Shown: positions 1 through 9,654 of the stretch, piece after piece
How positions within the stretch are numbered: the first letter of the stretch is position 1
Layout of the letters: every line of letters starts with the position of its first letter
Assembly (NCBI GenBank): GCA_963749865.1
Contig: CAVVOE010000010.1
Location: 11,761 to 75,760, forward strand
DNA: 64,000 bases
Source of the DNA: an uncultured Actinomycetota bacterium
Lineage (GTDB): Bacteria; Actinomycetota; Actinomycetes; Propionibacteriales; Nocardioidaceae
Direction: 5' to 3'
Notes under the pieces: model-generated
Database searches by the model: none
What the model saw: the letters and a program-made list of their open reading frames with translations, nothing else
Told to the model about the DNA's origin: nothing
Translations under genes and position numbers: made by a program

Positions 1-491
1 GCTTCCAGCGCGGCCGACAGGGGTACGCCGTCCGCGACGGCGCTGTCCAGCGCATCGACGGCGGGCGCCAGGGCGTCGTACATCGTCTTGTCCCCCGCAC
101 CGGCCTTGCCCCGGTCGACCACGCCGCCCAGGCCGGTCCGGAGCGCGGCGGCGAGGTCGGTGGCGGAGAAGCTGTCCGTGTCGCCGAGGGTCGTGCCCAT
201 GCGGAGGAAGAGCGTGCCGAAGAGCGGACCGCTGGCGCCGCCCACGGTCGAGACGAGCGTCATCCCGACCTTGGTCAGCAGGGCGCCGGCGTTCGCCGGT
301 GGGCTCTCGTCCAGCGCGGCCACGGCGGCCGTCATCCCGCGGTCCATGTTGGAGCCGTGGTCGGCGTCACCGATCGCGGCATCCAGCTCGGTCAGGTGCT
401 CCCGGTTCTCGGCCACCAGAGCGGCGAAGGACCGCACCCACTGGTCGAGGACCGCCGTGGTCACGCTCTCGGTCAAGGTCAGATTCCCCAT
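1..491 (-). CDS. dhaL: Dihydroxyacetone kinase ADP-binding subunit DhaL (3' end outside window)
   Basis: Minus frame is open to the window edge. The ATG at 491 overlaps the dhaK stop (ATGGGGAATCTGA). Translation MGNLTLTESVTTAVLDQWVRSF..DAAIGDADHGSNM..GGASGPLFGT..GDKTMYDAL carries DhaL motifs. Confidence 0.85.
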   Translation of the reverse strand, partial: MGNLTLTESVTTAVLDQWVRSFAALVAENREHLTELDAAIGDADHGSNMDRGMTAAVAALDESPPANAGALLTKVGMTLVSTVGGASGPLFGTLFLRMGTTLGDTDSFSATDLAAALRTGLGGVVDRGKAGAGDKTMYDALAPAVDALDSAVADGVPLSAALE

Positions 492-1480
492 CTCAACGCC
501 GCCGTGTTGACAGGAGCGTCCCAGAGCGAGAGCAGCTCGTCGTCGACCTTGAGCAGTGTCACCGACGCGCCGGCCATGTCGAGGGAGGTGATGTAGGAGC
601 CGACCAGCGACCGCGCGACCGTGACGCCGTGGCCGCCGAGGATCTTGTTCACCTCGTTGAACATCAGGTACAGCTCGATCTGCGGCGTACCGCCGAGGCC
701 GTTGACGAATGCGATGACGGGGTCGCCCGAGCTGAACGGCAGGTCGGCCAGGATCGGCTCGACCAGCATCGCGGCGATCTCGCTCGCGGGCGCGAGTGGC
801 AAGCGCTGGCGACCCGGCTCCCCGTGGATGCCGACACCCAGCTCCATCTCGTCCTCGCCGAGCTCGAACGTCGGCTTGCCGGCCGCCGGGACCGTGCACG
901 ACGTGAGGGCCACCCCCATGCTTCGGCCGTTGGCGTTCACCGTCCGGGCCACCTCGGCGACCTGGTCGAGGTCACGTCCCTGCTCGGCGGCAGCACCGGC
1001 GATCTTCTCGAGCAGCACTGTGACGCCGACCCCGCGACGGCCGGCCGTCCAGGTGCTGTCCTGCACGGCGACGTCGTCGTCGGTCACCACCGAGACGACG
1101 CGCGCACCGGTCTCCGCCGCGGCGAGCTCGGCGGCCATCTCGAAGTTCATCACGTCGCCGGTGTAGTTCTTTACGATGTGCAGGACCCCGGCCCCTCCGT
1201 CCACCAGCTTGGTGGCGGCCAGCATCTGGTCCGGGACCGGCGAGGTGAACATCTCGCCCGCACATGCGGCGTCGAGCATCCCGAAGCCGACGAAGCCACC
1301 GTGCAGCGGCTCGTGACCGGAGCCACCGCCGGAGATGAGGCCGACCTTGCCCTGCTTGGGTACGTCGCCGCGGTAGATGAGCTTGTTGTGGTGGTCGACC
1401 TGGAGGTCCGGGTGCGCGGCCTCGATCCCGAGCAGGGCCTCGACCACGACGTCGTTCGGGTCGTTGATGAGCTTCTTCAT
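479..1480 (-). CDS. dhaK: Dihydroxyacetone kinase subunit DhaK
   Basis: 333-aa ORF that is DhaK-like throughout (GGGSGHEP, VKNYTGDVMNF, GIHGEPG). Confidence 0.92.
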   Translation of the reverse strand: MKKLINDPNDVVVEALLGIEAAHPDLQVDHHNKLIYRGDVPKQGKVGLISGGGSGHEPLHGGFVGFGMLDAACAGEMFTSPVPDQMLAATKLVDGGAGVLHIVKNYTGDVMNFEMAAELAAAETGARVVSVVTDDDVAVQDSTWTAGRRGVGVTVLLEKIAGAAAEQGRDLDQVAEVARTVNANGRSMGVALTSCTVPAAGKPTFELGEDEMELGVGIHGEPGRQRLPLAPASEIAAMLVEPILADLPFSSGDPVIAFVNGLGGTPQIELYLMFNEVNKILGGHGVTVARSLVGSYITSLDMAGASVTLLKVDDELLSLWDAPVNTAALRWGI

Positions 1481-1516
1481 GACTTTCCTTCGGGCGGTTG
1501 GGTGTGGAGGAGGCGG

Positions 1517-2296
1517 TCAGCGCGCGGAAGCGGACTCGAGGTCGGGGGCGCCGAGATCCACGCCCTCGACGGGCGAGGCGTCGGCCGGAGTCCTGCTGAG
1601 CAGGACGAAGAGCAGTCCGGCGACCACCCCAGCGAGGAGCTCGGCCGCGAGGTAGACGGGCAGCTGGCCCCACTTGACCTCGCCGCCGGCGATCTGCTGG
1701 ACGAGCATCGGGCCGAACGTACGGGCCGGGTTGATCGACGCGCCCGTGGTCGGTGCCACCGGGATGATGGCCGCGAACACGACCAGCCCGATCGCAACAC
1801 CTGCGAAGCCCGCCGCCGCCTTGCGGTGGATGACTCCGAAGATCGTGAACACCAGGATGAACGTGCCCACGAACTCCGCGGTGAAGGCACGCGCCATGCT
1901 GACAGTGTCGGCGTCGTACGCCGCGACGCCCAGCCCCACGTCGCTGGCGGTCATGCCGAGCACGCCGATGATCGCGGCGGCTCCGACGATCGCGCCGACC
2001 ACCTGGGCCGCGATGTAGCCCGGGACCTGGCTCCAGGGGAACTTGCCGGTCGCCGCGAGACCAACCGTCACCGCCGGGTTGATGTGATTGCCGCCGATGT
2101 GGCCGAGTGCGTAGACCGTGGCCACCACGATCGTGCCGAACGCCAGGGAGATCATGCCGAGGTCGGCCATGGTGAACGGGGCGTCGCCGTTCACGATCAG
2201 GGTGGCGGGCACCGAGCCCACGCCGATGAACACCAGAAAGGCGGTCCCGAGGGCTTCAGCGCCCAAGCGCTGGAACAGGTTGGTCTCGTCAAGCAT
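1517..2296 (-). CDS. glpF: MIP-family aquaglyceroporin (glycerol facilitator)
   Basis: Two NPA boxes (HINPAV, SINPAR) and six hydrophobic segments. Start taken at the internal ATG 2296 (MLDETNLFQRLGAEALGT) rather than the ORF-track start at 2374. Confidence 0.88.
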   Translation of the reverse strand: MLDETNLFQRLGAEALGTAFLVFIGVGSVPATLIVNGDAPFTMADLGMISLAFGTIVVATVYALGHIGGNHINPAVTVGLAATGKFPWSQVPGYIAAQVVGAIVGAAAIIGVLGMTASDVGLGVAAYDADTVSMARAFTAEFVGTFILVFTIFGVIHRKAAAGFAGVAIGLVVFAAIIPVAPTTGASINPARTFGPMLVQQIAGGEVKWGQLPVYLAAELLAGVVAGLLFVLLSRTPADASPVEGVDLGAPDLESASAR

Positions 2297-2317
2297 CTGC
2301 TTGGTCCCTCTCGTGAT

Positions 2318-2336
2318 TACCGAATCTGATTCGGTA
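2318..2336. promoter_or_regulatory. Perfect 9-1-9 palindrome TACCGAATC-T-GATTCGGTA, candidate operator in the glpF / IclR divergent region
   Basis: Read directly. It lies in an AT-richer patch between the glpF start (2296) and the IclR-family start (2425). Confidence 0.5.
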
Positions 2337-2424
2337 TTGTCGAATGTGATTTGGACCATACACGTGTGCTTCACTGACTGGCAATAGCCTTCACGAACTA
2401 GACGCCCGAGGAGAGAAGCGTCCG

Positions 2425-3186
2425 TTGATCCAGTCGATCGACCGAGCGATCCGGGTGCTCACCGCACTCCAGGGCGCCCGCCGGATGACCCTGTCCGAGC
2501 TCGCCGCCCGGCTGGAGCTGGCGCCCTCGACGACGCACGGGATCGTGCGCAGCCTGGTCGAGCACGGCATGGTCGTGCAGGAGCGCGGCTCGAGTCGCTA
2601 CCAGCTCGGCCCGGCCGTGCTCCGGCTGGGCAACGTCTACCTCGACACGCTCGAGCTGCGGTCGAAGGCGATCCCCTGGGCCGAGGACCTGGCTCGTCGC
2701 ACCGGCCTGGCCGTGCGGACCGGCGTGCTGCTCATCGACGACGTGGTGATCATCCATCACGAGCCGCGCCCCGACGGGAGTCGGCAGATGCCCGAGGTCG
2801 GCATCGTCATCCCGGCCCACGCCAGCGCCTTGGGCAAGGCCATGCTCGCCTTCCTGCCCGAAGAGGAGGAGCGGGTCCTCACCGCCGAGAGCCTGCGCAG
2901 CATGACCGGCGAGACGCTCACCTCACCAGAAGCACTCCGCGAACAGCTCGACGCGGTGCGCTCGAGCGGGCTCGCGACGGAGCAGGACGAGGCGGTGCTC
3001 GGCGAGAGCTCGCTGGCCGGCCCCGTGTTCGACTCGTACGGCCAGGCCGTCGGCGCCATCGCCGTCGTCATCCCCTCCACTGGGGACGTGTCCGACCACG
3101 AGGCGCGCGACTCGGTGCGCGAGGCGGCTCGGGCCGTGTCCCGCGAGCTGGGCGCCCTCTCGTGGCCCCCGCGCGCCGTCTCCTGA
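2425..3186 (+). CDS. IclR-family transcriptional regulator (GylR-like by position)
   Basis: N-terminal wHTH (IQSIDRAIRVLTAL..MTLSELAARLELAPSTTHGIVRSL) plus an IclR effector domain. TTG start lies 9 nt after GAGGAGAG. Confidence 0.85.
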   Translation: MIQSIDRAIRVLTALQGARRMTLSELAARLELAPSTTHGIVRSLVEHGMVVQERGSSRYQLGPAVLRLGNVYLDTLELRSKAIPWAEDLARRTGLAVRTGVLLIDDVVIIHHEPRPDGSRQMPEVGIVIPAHASALGKAMLAFLPEEEERVLTAESLRSMTGETLTSPEALREQLDAVRSSGLATEQDEAVLGESSLAGPVFDSYGQAVGAIAVVIPSTGDVSDHEARDSVREAARAVSRELGALSWPPRAVS

Positions 3187-3262
3187 GAATGGGGTACCTC
3201 TCACGCAGACATGCCATGCTGACAGCCAGCAGTCATCCCAGACCTGATGGCGCTTCTCGCCG

Positions 3263-4462
3263 ATGTTCGGAGCCTCCGTGACTGTTACTCACGACCCCCG
3301 CCAGTCCTACGCCGCCCACCTGACGCCCGCAGACATCGAGGCGATCGGACGCGAGCTGGACGCGCTGCGCGAACAGGTGATCGAGAGTCGGGGCGAGCGC
3401 GACGCGACGTACATCCGCCGGGTGATCGCCGTGCAGCGCGCGCTCGAGCTGAGCGGGCGCGCCGTGCTGCTGATGAGTCGGTCGCGGTCGGCCTGGGTGC
3501 TGGGCACGACCAGCCTCGCCTTCGCCAAGAGCCTCGAGAACATGGAGATCGGCCACAACGTCCTGCACGGGCAGTGGGACTGGATGCGCGACCCCAAGAT
3601 CCACTCGTCGACCTGGGACTGGGACCACTCGTCCCCGCCGGCGCAGTGGAAGCGCGCCCACAACCAGACCCATCACAAGTACACGAACATCGTCGGCAAG
3701 GACAACGACCTCGGCTACGGCATCATGCGAGTGGCCGAGGAGCAGCCCTGGCAGCCGCGCCACCTGGTGCAGCCGTTCTGGAACTTCGTCACTGCGTGCA
3801 TCTTCGAGTGGGGCATCACGATGTACGACGCCGACCTCGGCGACGCCATCCGCGGCAAGCGCGGCATGCCGGCCGAGACGAAGCTTCGGCTCCGCCAGGC
3901 GCTGCGCAAGGCCGGCAAGCAGGCGGTCAAGGACTACGTCGTGCACCCGGCCCTCTCCGGCCTCACCGGCAGGGGCTTCCGCCGTACCCTCGCGGCCAAC
4001 GCCACGGCCAACCTGGCCCGCAACGTGTGGAGCCACTCGGTGATCATGTGCGGCCACTTCCCGGAGGGTGTCGAGACGTTCGAGCTCGAGGTCCTCGACG
4101 AGAACGAGACCCGCGGCGAGTGGTACATCCGGCAGATGCTCGGCTCGGCCGACATCTCGGGCAGTCCGTTCATGCACCTGATGACCGGCAACCTCTCCCA
4201 CCAGATCGAGCACCACTGCTTCCCCGACCTGCCGAGCAACCGGTACCGCGAGATCGCCCCGCAGGTCGAGGACCTCTTCCAGCGCTACGGGCTCAGCTAC
4301 AACGCTCGGCCCCTGGTCCGGCAGGTCGGCTCGGCCTGGCACCGCGTGTTCCGGCTGTCCCTGCCGAACGGCTGGCTGGAGGAGACCAACCGGCGCAACC
4401 TCGGCCCGCAGCTGAAGAAGCTGGGCCGCATGATCCGGCACGGGGACCCCCGACCGGCCTGA
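3263..4462 (+). CDS. Membrane fatty acyl-CoA desaturase (DesA3-like)
   Basis: Three histidine boxes: HNVLHG, HNQTHHKY, HQIEHH. Confidence 0.85.
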   Translation: MFGASVTVTHDPRQSYAAHLTPADIEAIGRELDALREQVIESRGERDATYIRRVIAVQRALELSGRAVLLMSRSRSAWVLGTTSLAFAKSLENMEIGHNVLHGQWDWMRDPKIHSSTWDWDHSSPPAQWKRAHNQTHHKYTNIVGKDNDLGYGIMRVAEEQPWQPRHLVQPFWNFVTACIFEWGITMYDADLGDAIRGKRGMPAETKLRLRQALRKAGKQAVKDYVVHPALSGLTGRGFRRTLAANATANLARNVWSHSVIMCGHFPEGVETFELEVLDENETRGEWYIRQMLGSADISGSPFMHLMTGNLSHQIEHHCFPDLPSNRYREIAPQVEDLFQRYGLSYNARPLVRQVGSAWHRVFRLSLPNGWLEETNRRNLGPQLKKLGRMIRHGDPRPA

Positions 4463-4565
4463 CGCGAGGTATCCGCACCCGGCGGGTCGGCGGCGTCGCA
4501 GCCGAGGGTCCAGAGGGTCGCCATGGCGGGACGGTACGACGGAACCAGGACGCTATCTTCTCGTT

Positions 4566-6063
4566 GTGCTCCGTCGCTGTCTGCTGACCGCCGTTCTGCT
4601 GCTCGGTGCTGCCGCGCCGGCCGTGGCTGCCGGCGACGGCGTGGTGGTCCCGGTGCCGTCGACGCCGACCCTGGCTCCGGCGTACGTCGGGTCGCCGGCG
4701 GTCGCGCAGCCGGTGGGCGGCGTACCGAGGACGCCGCACAACCACTTCATGGCGCCCAACGGCGACTCGAGCATCCACAACGACGGGTGGCAGACCGACA
4801 CCTACCGGCGGGCCGGTCCGCTCGGCGTCGCGCCGCAGACGCTGTCGGCCAGCATCAACGGGGTCTGCGGCTCGATCGGCTACGACAAGCGCGGGCGGGT
4901 CCTCTCCACGTGCGTCGGGGTGAAGCGGGCGCTGAACCTGATCGACCCGCAGACCCTCGACGTCATCGACGACTACGAGCTCCCGGGCACGCTCGCCGAC
5001 AACGCCGGTGGCGGCGGGAACCCGTTCCAGGGCTTCAGTGGTGGTGCCTACTTCTACGTCGACCACCACGGCCGTGCGGTGATCGGCACCGCGGACGGCA
5101 GGTTCCTGGTCATCAAGCCCAAGCGGCGACGTGCTGAAGCTGAAGAAGACCTTCAACCTCGCGCCGCTCCTCCAGCCCGGCGAGGTGCTCAACTCCGGGC
5201 TGCCCGGGTCGGACGGCCTGCTGTGGTTCGTCACCAAGGAGAACGGCGTCGTCGGCACCCTCGACCTGCACAGCGGCCGGGTGCGGATCATCCGGCTCGG
5301 CTCCGGGGCAGTCGGCCAGATCGAGAACTCGATCGCCGTCGGCTCACGGGGCGAGGCCTACGTCGCCACGAACCGGAAGCTCTACCGCTTCTCCCACAAC
5401 CGCCGCGGCAAGCCGGTCGTCGACTGGTCCATCGCCTATCCGAGCGGCGGCCCGGTCAAGCCGGGCCAGGTCGATGACGGCACCGGTACGACGCCGACCG
5501 TGATGCCCGGCGGGTACGTCGCGATCACCGACAACGCCGACCCGATGAACGTCGTGGTCTACCGAACATCGAAGAGGCGGTCGAACCTGAACCGGCTGGT
5601 CTGCTCGGTCCCGGTGTTCGGCAAGGGCGCGGGCTCGACCGAGAACTCGCTCATCGGCGCCGGCCGCTCCCTCATCGTGGAGAACAACTACGGCTACACC
5701 GGCCCGGGCGCGGTTCTGCTCGGTGGCTCCACCGTCCCCGGCTTCGCCCGCGTGGACATCAAGCGCAACGGCCACGGCTGCAAGACCGTGTGGACAAACA
5801 ACACCGTTTCCGCACCCTCGGTGGTGCCCAAGCTGTCGCTCGCCACCGGCCTGATCTACGCCTACACCAAGCCCGCCGGCGACATCACCGACCCGTGGTA
5901 CTGGACCGCCCTCGACTACCGCACCGGCCAGGTGGTCTGGAAGGTCCTGGCCGGCGCCGGTCCGGCGTACAACAACAACTACGCAGGCATCAGCCTCAGC
6001 CTCGACGGTACGGCGTACCTGGGTGTGATCCCGGGACTGGTTGCGCTCCGCGACGGACGCTGA
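4566..6063 (+). pseudogene. Secreted hypothetical protein (beta-propeller-like) split by a +1 frame change near 5116-5135
   Basis: The frame starting at 4566 has a signal peptide (MLRRCLLTAVLLLGAAAPAVAAG). It reads sensibly to ..GRFLVIKPK and then becomes Arg/Pro-rich nonsense. The next frame reads sensibly from ..GDVLKLKKTFNLAPLLQPGE to the stop at 6063. Confidence 0.6.
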
Positions 6064-6104
6064 GTGTCGTTGCCGGCAGTGCACGCCGACGCCCGGGCGG
6101 CCGC

Positions 6105-6968
6105 TCAGGGCGCCGGCAGCCCGAGCTCCTCGCGCAGGAAGGCGAGCCGGTCGACGCGCGCAGGGTCGGTGAGCTCGTGGTCGGAGTGCTCGTAGAACAG
6201 CACCTGGGCGTCCGGGCTGCTGGCCGCGAAGGCGTTCCGGACGTCCGGGCCGATGTAGACGTCCTCGCCGGCCCACTGGAACAGCACGTGCGACCCGAGG
6301 CGAGCGGTGTTGTCCACGGGGTCCAGCCCGGCGAACAGCGCGAGATAGTCGTCGCGCTCCTGTCCCTCGAGCCGCAGCCAGAACTTCGCGAACCAGTTGC
6401 CCATCAGCGCGTCGGGTGCCTCCAGCACCATCGCCGACACCCGGCGCTCGGAGGCGGCGAGGATCGCGCCGTACATGGCGCCGTAGTCGTGACCGACCAG
6501 GGCGATGCGGGAGTCGTCGACGGAAGGCTCCGAGGCGAGCCGGGCCAACGCCTTGCGCATCGCAGCGACCTGGTCCTGGACCAGGGTGACGTCGCCGGTC
6601 GTGCCGTCGGGGTTCGGCACCCAGGGGAAGTAGCCCTGGGGCAGCACGGACACGACGCCCTCGCGGGCCAGGGTGATGGCCTCGGTGAGGTACTCGCCGC
6701 GGTCGTTGTTGATCTCGCCCAGCCAGTGCAGGAACAGCACCCCGGCCGCGGAGTCCTGCTTCCCCTCGCGAGCCGGCCGCACGAGGTAGGCCTGGAGCGG
6801 CTGCTGGTGCCGGACCTTGATCGTGATGTCCTCCACCACCACCTGACCGGAGAGGCTGCTCCGCTCGTGGTGGCGAGGCGCTGCGGAGCCCGTCGTGGGA
6901 AGACCCGTCACCACCAGCCCCGTCATCGCTGCGACCGCTGCCGCGACCATGGCCGTCCTTCGTCTCAT
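6105..6968 (-). CDS. Secreted alpha/beta hydrolase (dienelactone hydrolase-like)
   Basis: MRRRTAMVAAAVAAMTGL signal-like N-terminus. Nucleophile-elbow-like GHDYG. Start taken at ATG 6968. Confidence 0.65.
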   Translation of the reverse strand: MRRRTAMVAAAVAAMTGLVVTGLPTTGSAAPRHHERSSLSGQVVVEDITIKVRHQQPLQAYLVRPAREGKQDSAAGVLFLHWLGEINNDRGEYLTEAITLAREGVVSVLPQGYFPWVPNPDGTTGDVTLVQDQVAAMRKALARLASEPSVDDSRIALVGHDYGAMYGAILAASERRVSAMVLEAPDALMGNWFAKFWLRLEGQERDDYLALFAGLDPVDNTARLGSHVLFQWAGEDVYIGPDVRNAFAASSPDAQVLFYEHSDHELTDPARVDRLAFLREELGLPAP

Positions 6969-7084
6969 CACAGTCTCCCAAGCGTCAGTTGTAAAAACGG
7001 AGTTGCTCCTGACGAACGTAGGAGTGGGTAGCATGAAGCGTCAAGCAACTGACGCCAGATCGTGACCGAGAGGGTGGACGACCG

Positions 7085-7669
7085 ATGGATGAGGCGCCGG
7101 CGGGGTTCCCGCGGGACTGGCTCGCGGATCCCGGTCTGCCGGCGACGGATGTGGAGCTGGCCCTGCTCCTCGTCAACTCCCTGGACCTGCTCGAGGAGCC
7201 GGCCGACCGCCTCGTGGACCTCACCTGGCTGACGGGCGCCTTCACCGCGGCGGGCCACGGCGACTGGGCCGCGGAGCTGTCCCCGGCCGACCTGCCGGCG
7301 CTGCGCGCCCTCCGGGACTCGTTGCGTGGCGCCTTCGAGTCCGACGACCCCGTCCAGGTCGCCTCGCTGCTCAACCCGCTGCTGGAAGCAGCGCGAGCAG
7401 TCCCGGTGCTCGTGGTCGACCCCGACGAAGGCCCGGCGCTCCGGGTCGGGGTGGGCCGACGGGGGCTCGCGGCGCTGGAGGCCCGGCTGCCGGCCGCGCT
7501 CGCGGCGTACGTCGTCGGCCACGGGACCTCGCGCCTGGGCGTGTGCCACAGCGATCCCTGCCGGTGTGTGTTCATCGACCGCACCCGCGCCGGCACCCGC
7601 AAGTACTGCTGCACCTACTGCAACGACCGTCACGCCGCGAGGGCCTACCGCCGCCGCAAGAGATCCTGA
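7085..7669 (+). CDS. CGNR zinc-finger domain protein (ABATE + CGNR)
   Basis: C-terminal CHSDPCRCVFIDRTRAGTRKYCCTYCNDRHAARAYRRR is the CGNR zinc-finger signature. Confidence 0.8.
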   Translation: MDEAPAGFPRDWLADPGLPATDVELALLLVNSLDLLEEPADRLVDLTWLTGAFTAAGHGDWAAELSPADLPALRALRDSLRGAFESDDPVQVASLLNPLLEAARAVPVLVVDPDEGPALRVGVGRRGLAALEARLPAALAAYVVGHGTSRLGVCHSDPCRCVFIDRTRAGTRKYCCTYCNDRHAARAYRRRKRS

Positions 7670-7750
7670 CTCAGGAGGCCTGGACCGCAGCCGGGCTTCG
7701 ATGGCAGCACCGCCGGCCCCCAGGGCGCACACACCTGGAGGGTGTGCGCC

Positions 7751-7954
7751 TCACTTCGACGGCTGCGGCGTCTTGCACTTGACCTTCGGGTTGACACCGA
7801 CGTAATTCAGCGGCCCGGCCACGATGGTCAGCGCGGTGTCGCTGAAGCTCTTGCAGCTGACATCCCGGTCGTCGCCGAAGTAGCCCCGCTGGGCCGCGGC
7901 CACCACCCCGATCACCAGCCAGATGACGATGACGGCACCGATCAGGCTCTTCAT
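7751..7954 (-). CDS. Small membrane protein, 67 aa, hypothetical
   Basis: MKSLIGAVIVIWLVIGVVAAAQRG.. has one TM helix. GAGGGGG lies 5 nt upstream of the ATG. GC3 is high. Confidence 0.55.
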   Translation of the reverse strand: MKSLIGAVIVIWLVIGVVAAAQRGYFGDDRDVSCKSFSDTALTIVAGPLNYVGVNPKVKCKTPQPSK

Positions 7955-8177
7955 GTGTCCCCCTCGGATCGCTCCGAGCCCGGTACCCCGCCCGGTGTCG
8001 GGCACACACCCACCCTCCGGTCGCGAGCGCCCACGTCCGGCGTCGAGCCTGCCGAACAGCCACCGGTGGGCCGGGTCGAGCACGGCCGCTCCGGCCCGCC
8101 GAGACCCTGCCCGGTGGGCTGGCTGGACCGATGCGCGGCGGCCCCCGCGACTGCGGTGCTTGCTAACGTCTCGGAGC

Positions 8178-9530
8178 ATGGAGACGCCGGGCGAGCTCAC
8201 CACCGACCAGATGCTGCGGTTCGGCAAGGAGTTCACGGCCGATCCACAACAGCGTCTCCTGCAGAACGCGTTGACCCGCAACGAGGTCGACGCCGTCGCC
8301 CTGGACCGCGCGCTCGCGGTGTCGGCGGAGCGGTCGATGTCGCACCAGCTCGACGACTGGGCGGCCACCAACCAGAAGCAGAGCGGTCGATGCTGGCTGT
8401 TCGCCGGCCTCAACCTGCTGCGCGTGGGGGCCGCCCGGAAGATGGGCCTGGTCGAGTTCGAGTTCAGCCAGAACCACCTGCTCTTCTGGGACAAGCTGGA
8501 GAAGGCCAACTTCTGGCTCGAGGGCGTGATCGCGACGGCGGACCGTGACGTGGACGAGCGCACGGTCGCCTACCTGATGGCGAACCCGATCGACGACGGT
8601 GGCCAGTGGAACATGTTCGTCGCGCTCGTCCGCAAGCACGGCCTCGTCCCGAAGGCCGCGATGCCCGAGACGGTGGCGTCGTCCTCGACGCGCCAGCTCA
8701 ACCGCGACCTCAAGACCGTGCTCCGGCAGGCGGGCCGCGACCTGCGGCAACGGGCCGTCACCGGCGCGTCCGTCGACGACCTGCGGGACCAGAAGGACGC
8801 CACGCTGCAGACGGTCCACCGGATGCTCTCCCTGCACCTGGGCACGCCGCCGGAGTCGGTCTCCTGGCAGTGGATCGACAAGGACAAGGGGTTCCACCGG
8901 GACGAGACGGTCACCCCGCAGGAGTTCGCCCAGCGGTACGTCGACCTCGACCTGGACTCCTACGTCTGCCTGGTCGACGACCCCCGGCCCTCGAGCCCCC
9001 GCAACCGGGCCTTCACCGTGGAGCACCTCGGCAACGTGGTGAGCGGCGAGCCCGTGACCTACCTCAACGTCGACATGTCGCTGATCAAGCGGCTGGCCCG
9101 GGAGTCGATCGTCGACGGCACTCCCGTGTGGTTCGGCTGCGATGTCGCGCAGATGATGGAGAAGGAGGACGGCCTCTGGGACGCCCAGATGTACGACTAC
9201 GACGCCGTCTACGGGACTCACACCGACTTCGGCAAGGCCGACCGGCTGGTGTGCGGCGCCACCGCGATGACCCACGCCATGCTGCTCACCGGTGTCGACG
9301 TCGTCGACGAGGGCGACGCCGCCGTGGCCAGACGCTGGCGGGTAGAGAACAGCTGGGGCACGGAGAAGGCCGACAAGGGCTTCTGGACGATGAACGACAG
9401 CTGGTTCGCCGAGCACGTCTTCGAGATCGCCGTGCCCCGCTCCGCGATGCCCCCCGAGCTCCTGCCGGTGCTCGACACCGAGCCGATCGTGCTGCCCGCG
9501 TGGGACCCGATGGGTGCCTTGGCCCGCTAG
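8178..9530 (+). CDS. pepC: Aminopeptidase C / bleomycin hydrolase (peptidase C1B)
   Basis: QKQSGRCWLFAGLN active-site Cys context, with C1B-like sequence throughout. Start taken at ATG 8178 (METPGELTTDQ). Confidence 0.88.
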   Translation: METPGELTTDQMLRFGKEFTADPQQRLLQNALTRNEVDAVALDRALAVSAERSMSHQLDDWAATNQKQSGRCWLFAGLNLLRVGAARKMGLVEFEFSQNHLLFWDKLEKANFWLEGVIATADRDVDERTVAYLMANPIDDGGQWNMFVALVRKHGLVPKAAMPETVASSSTRQLNRDLKTVLRQAGRDLRQRAVTGASVDDLRDQKDATLQTVHRMLSLHLGTPPESVSWQWIDKDKGFHRDETVTPQEFAQRYVDLDLDSYVCLVDDPRPSSPRNRAFTVEHLGNVVSGEPVTYLNVDMSLIKRLARESIVDGTPVWFGCDVAQMMEKEDGLWDAQMYDYDAVYGTHTDFGKADRLVCGATAMTHAMLLTGVDVVDEGDAAVARRWRVENSWGTEKADKGFWTMNDSWFAEHVFEIAVPRSAMPPELLPVLDTEPIVLPAWDPMGALAR

Positions 9531-9654
9531 ACCGAGTGCGTCCCGCGCGTCAGTTCGACCTCTCGAGCACAGTTCGGCAGCCGCCCCGGCACTGTCATGT
9601 CGACATGCGGCCGGTCACCGGCGACACCCTGATGCTCCCGTTCTCTGGGAGCAG

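Noticed and set aside
299-2329. Very long alternative-frame ORFs, for example 299-2329, 5344-6981, 16047-18014, 41423-43183, 45263-47248, 47217-49490 (5' part) and 57771-59258.
   Set aside because: Their translations are Arg/Pro/Gly/His/Asp-rich low-complexity strings. They lie antisense to, or out of frame with, genes that have clear family signatures. Long spurious ORFs are expected in DNA this GC-rich because stop codons are rare.
5116-5135. Programmed ribosomal frameshifting at the three frame-break sites (also 21412-21421 and 23190-23200).
   Set aside because: No slippery heptamer (X XXY YYZ) or poly-A/T tract is present at any junction. I saw no obvious downstream pseudoknot or hairpin. 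The gene families involved are not known to use recoding.
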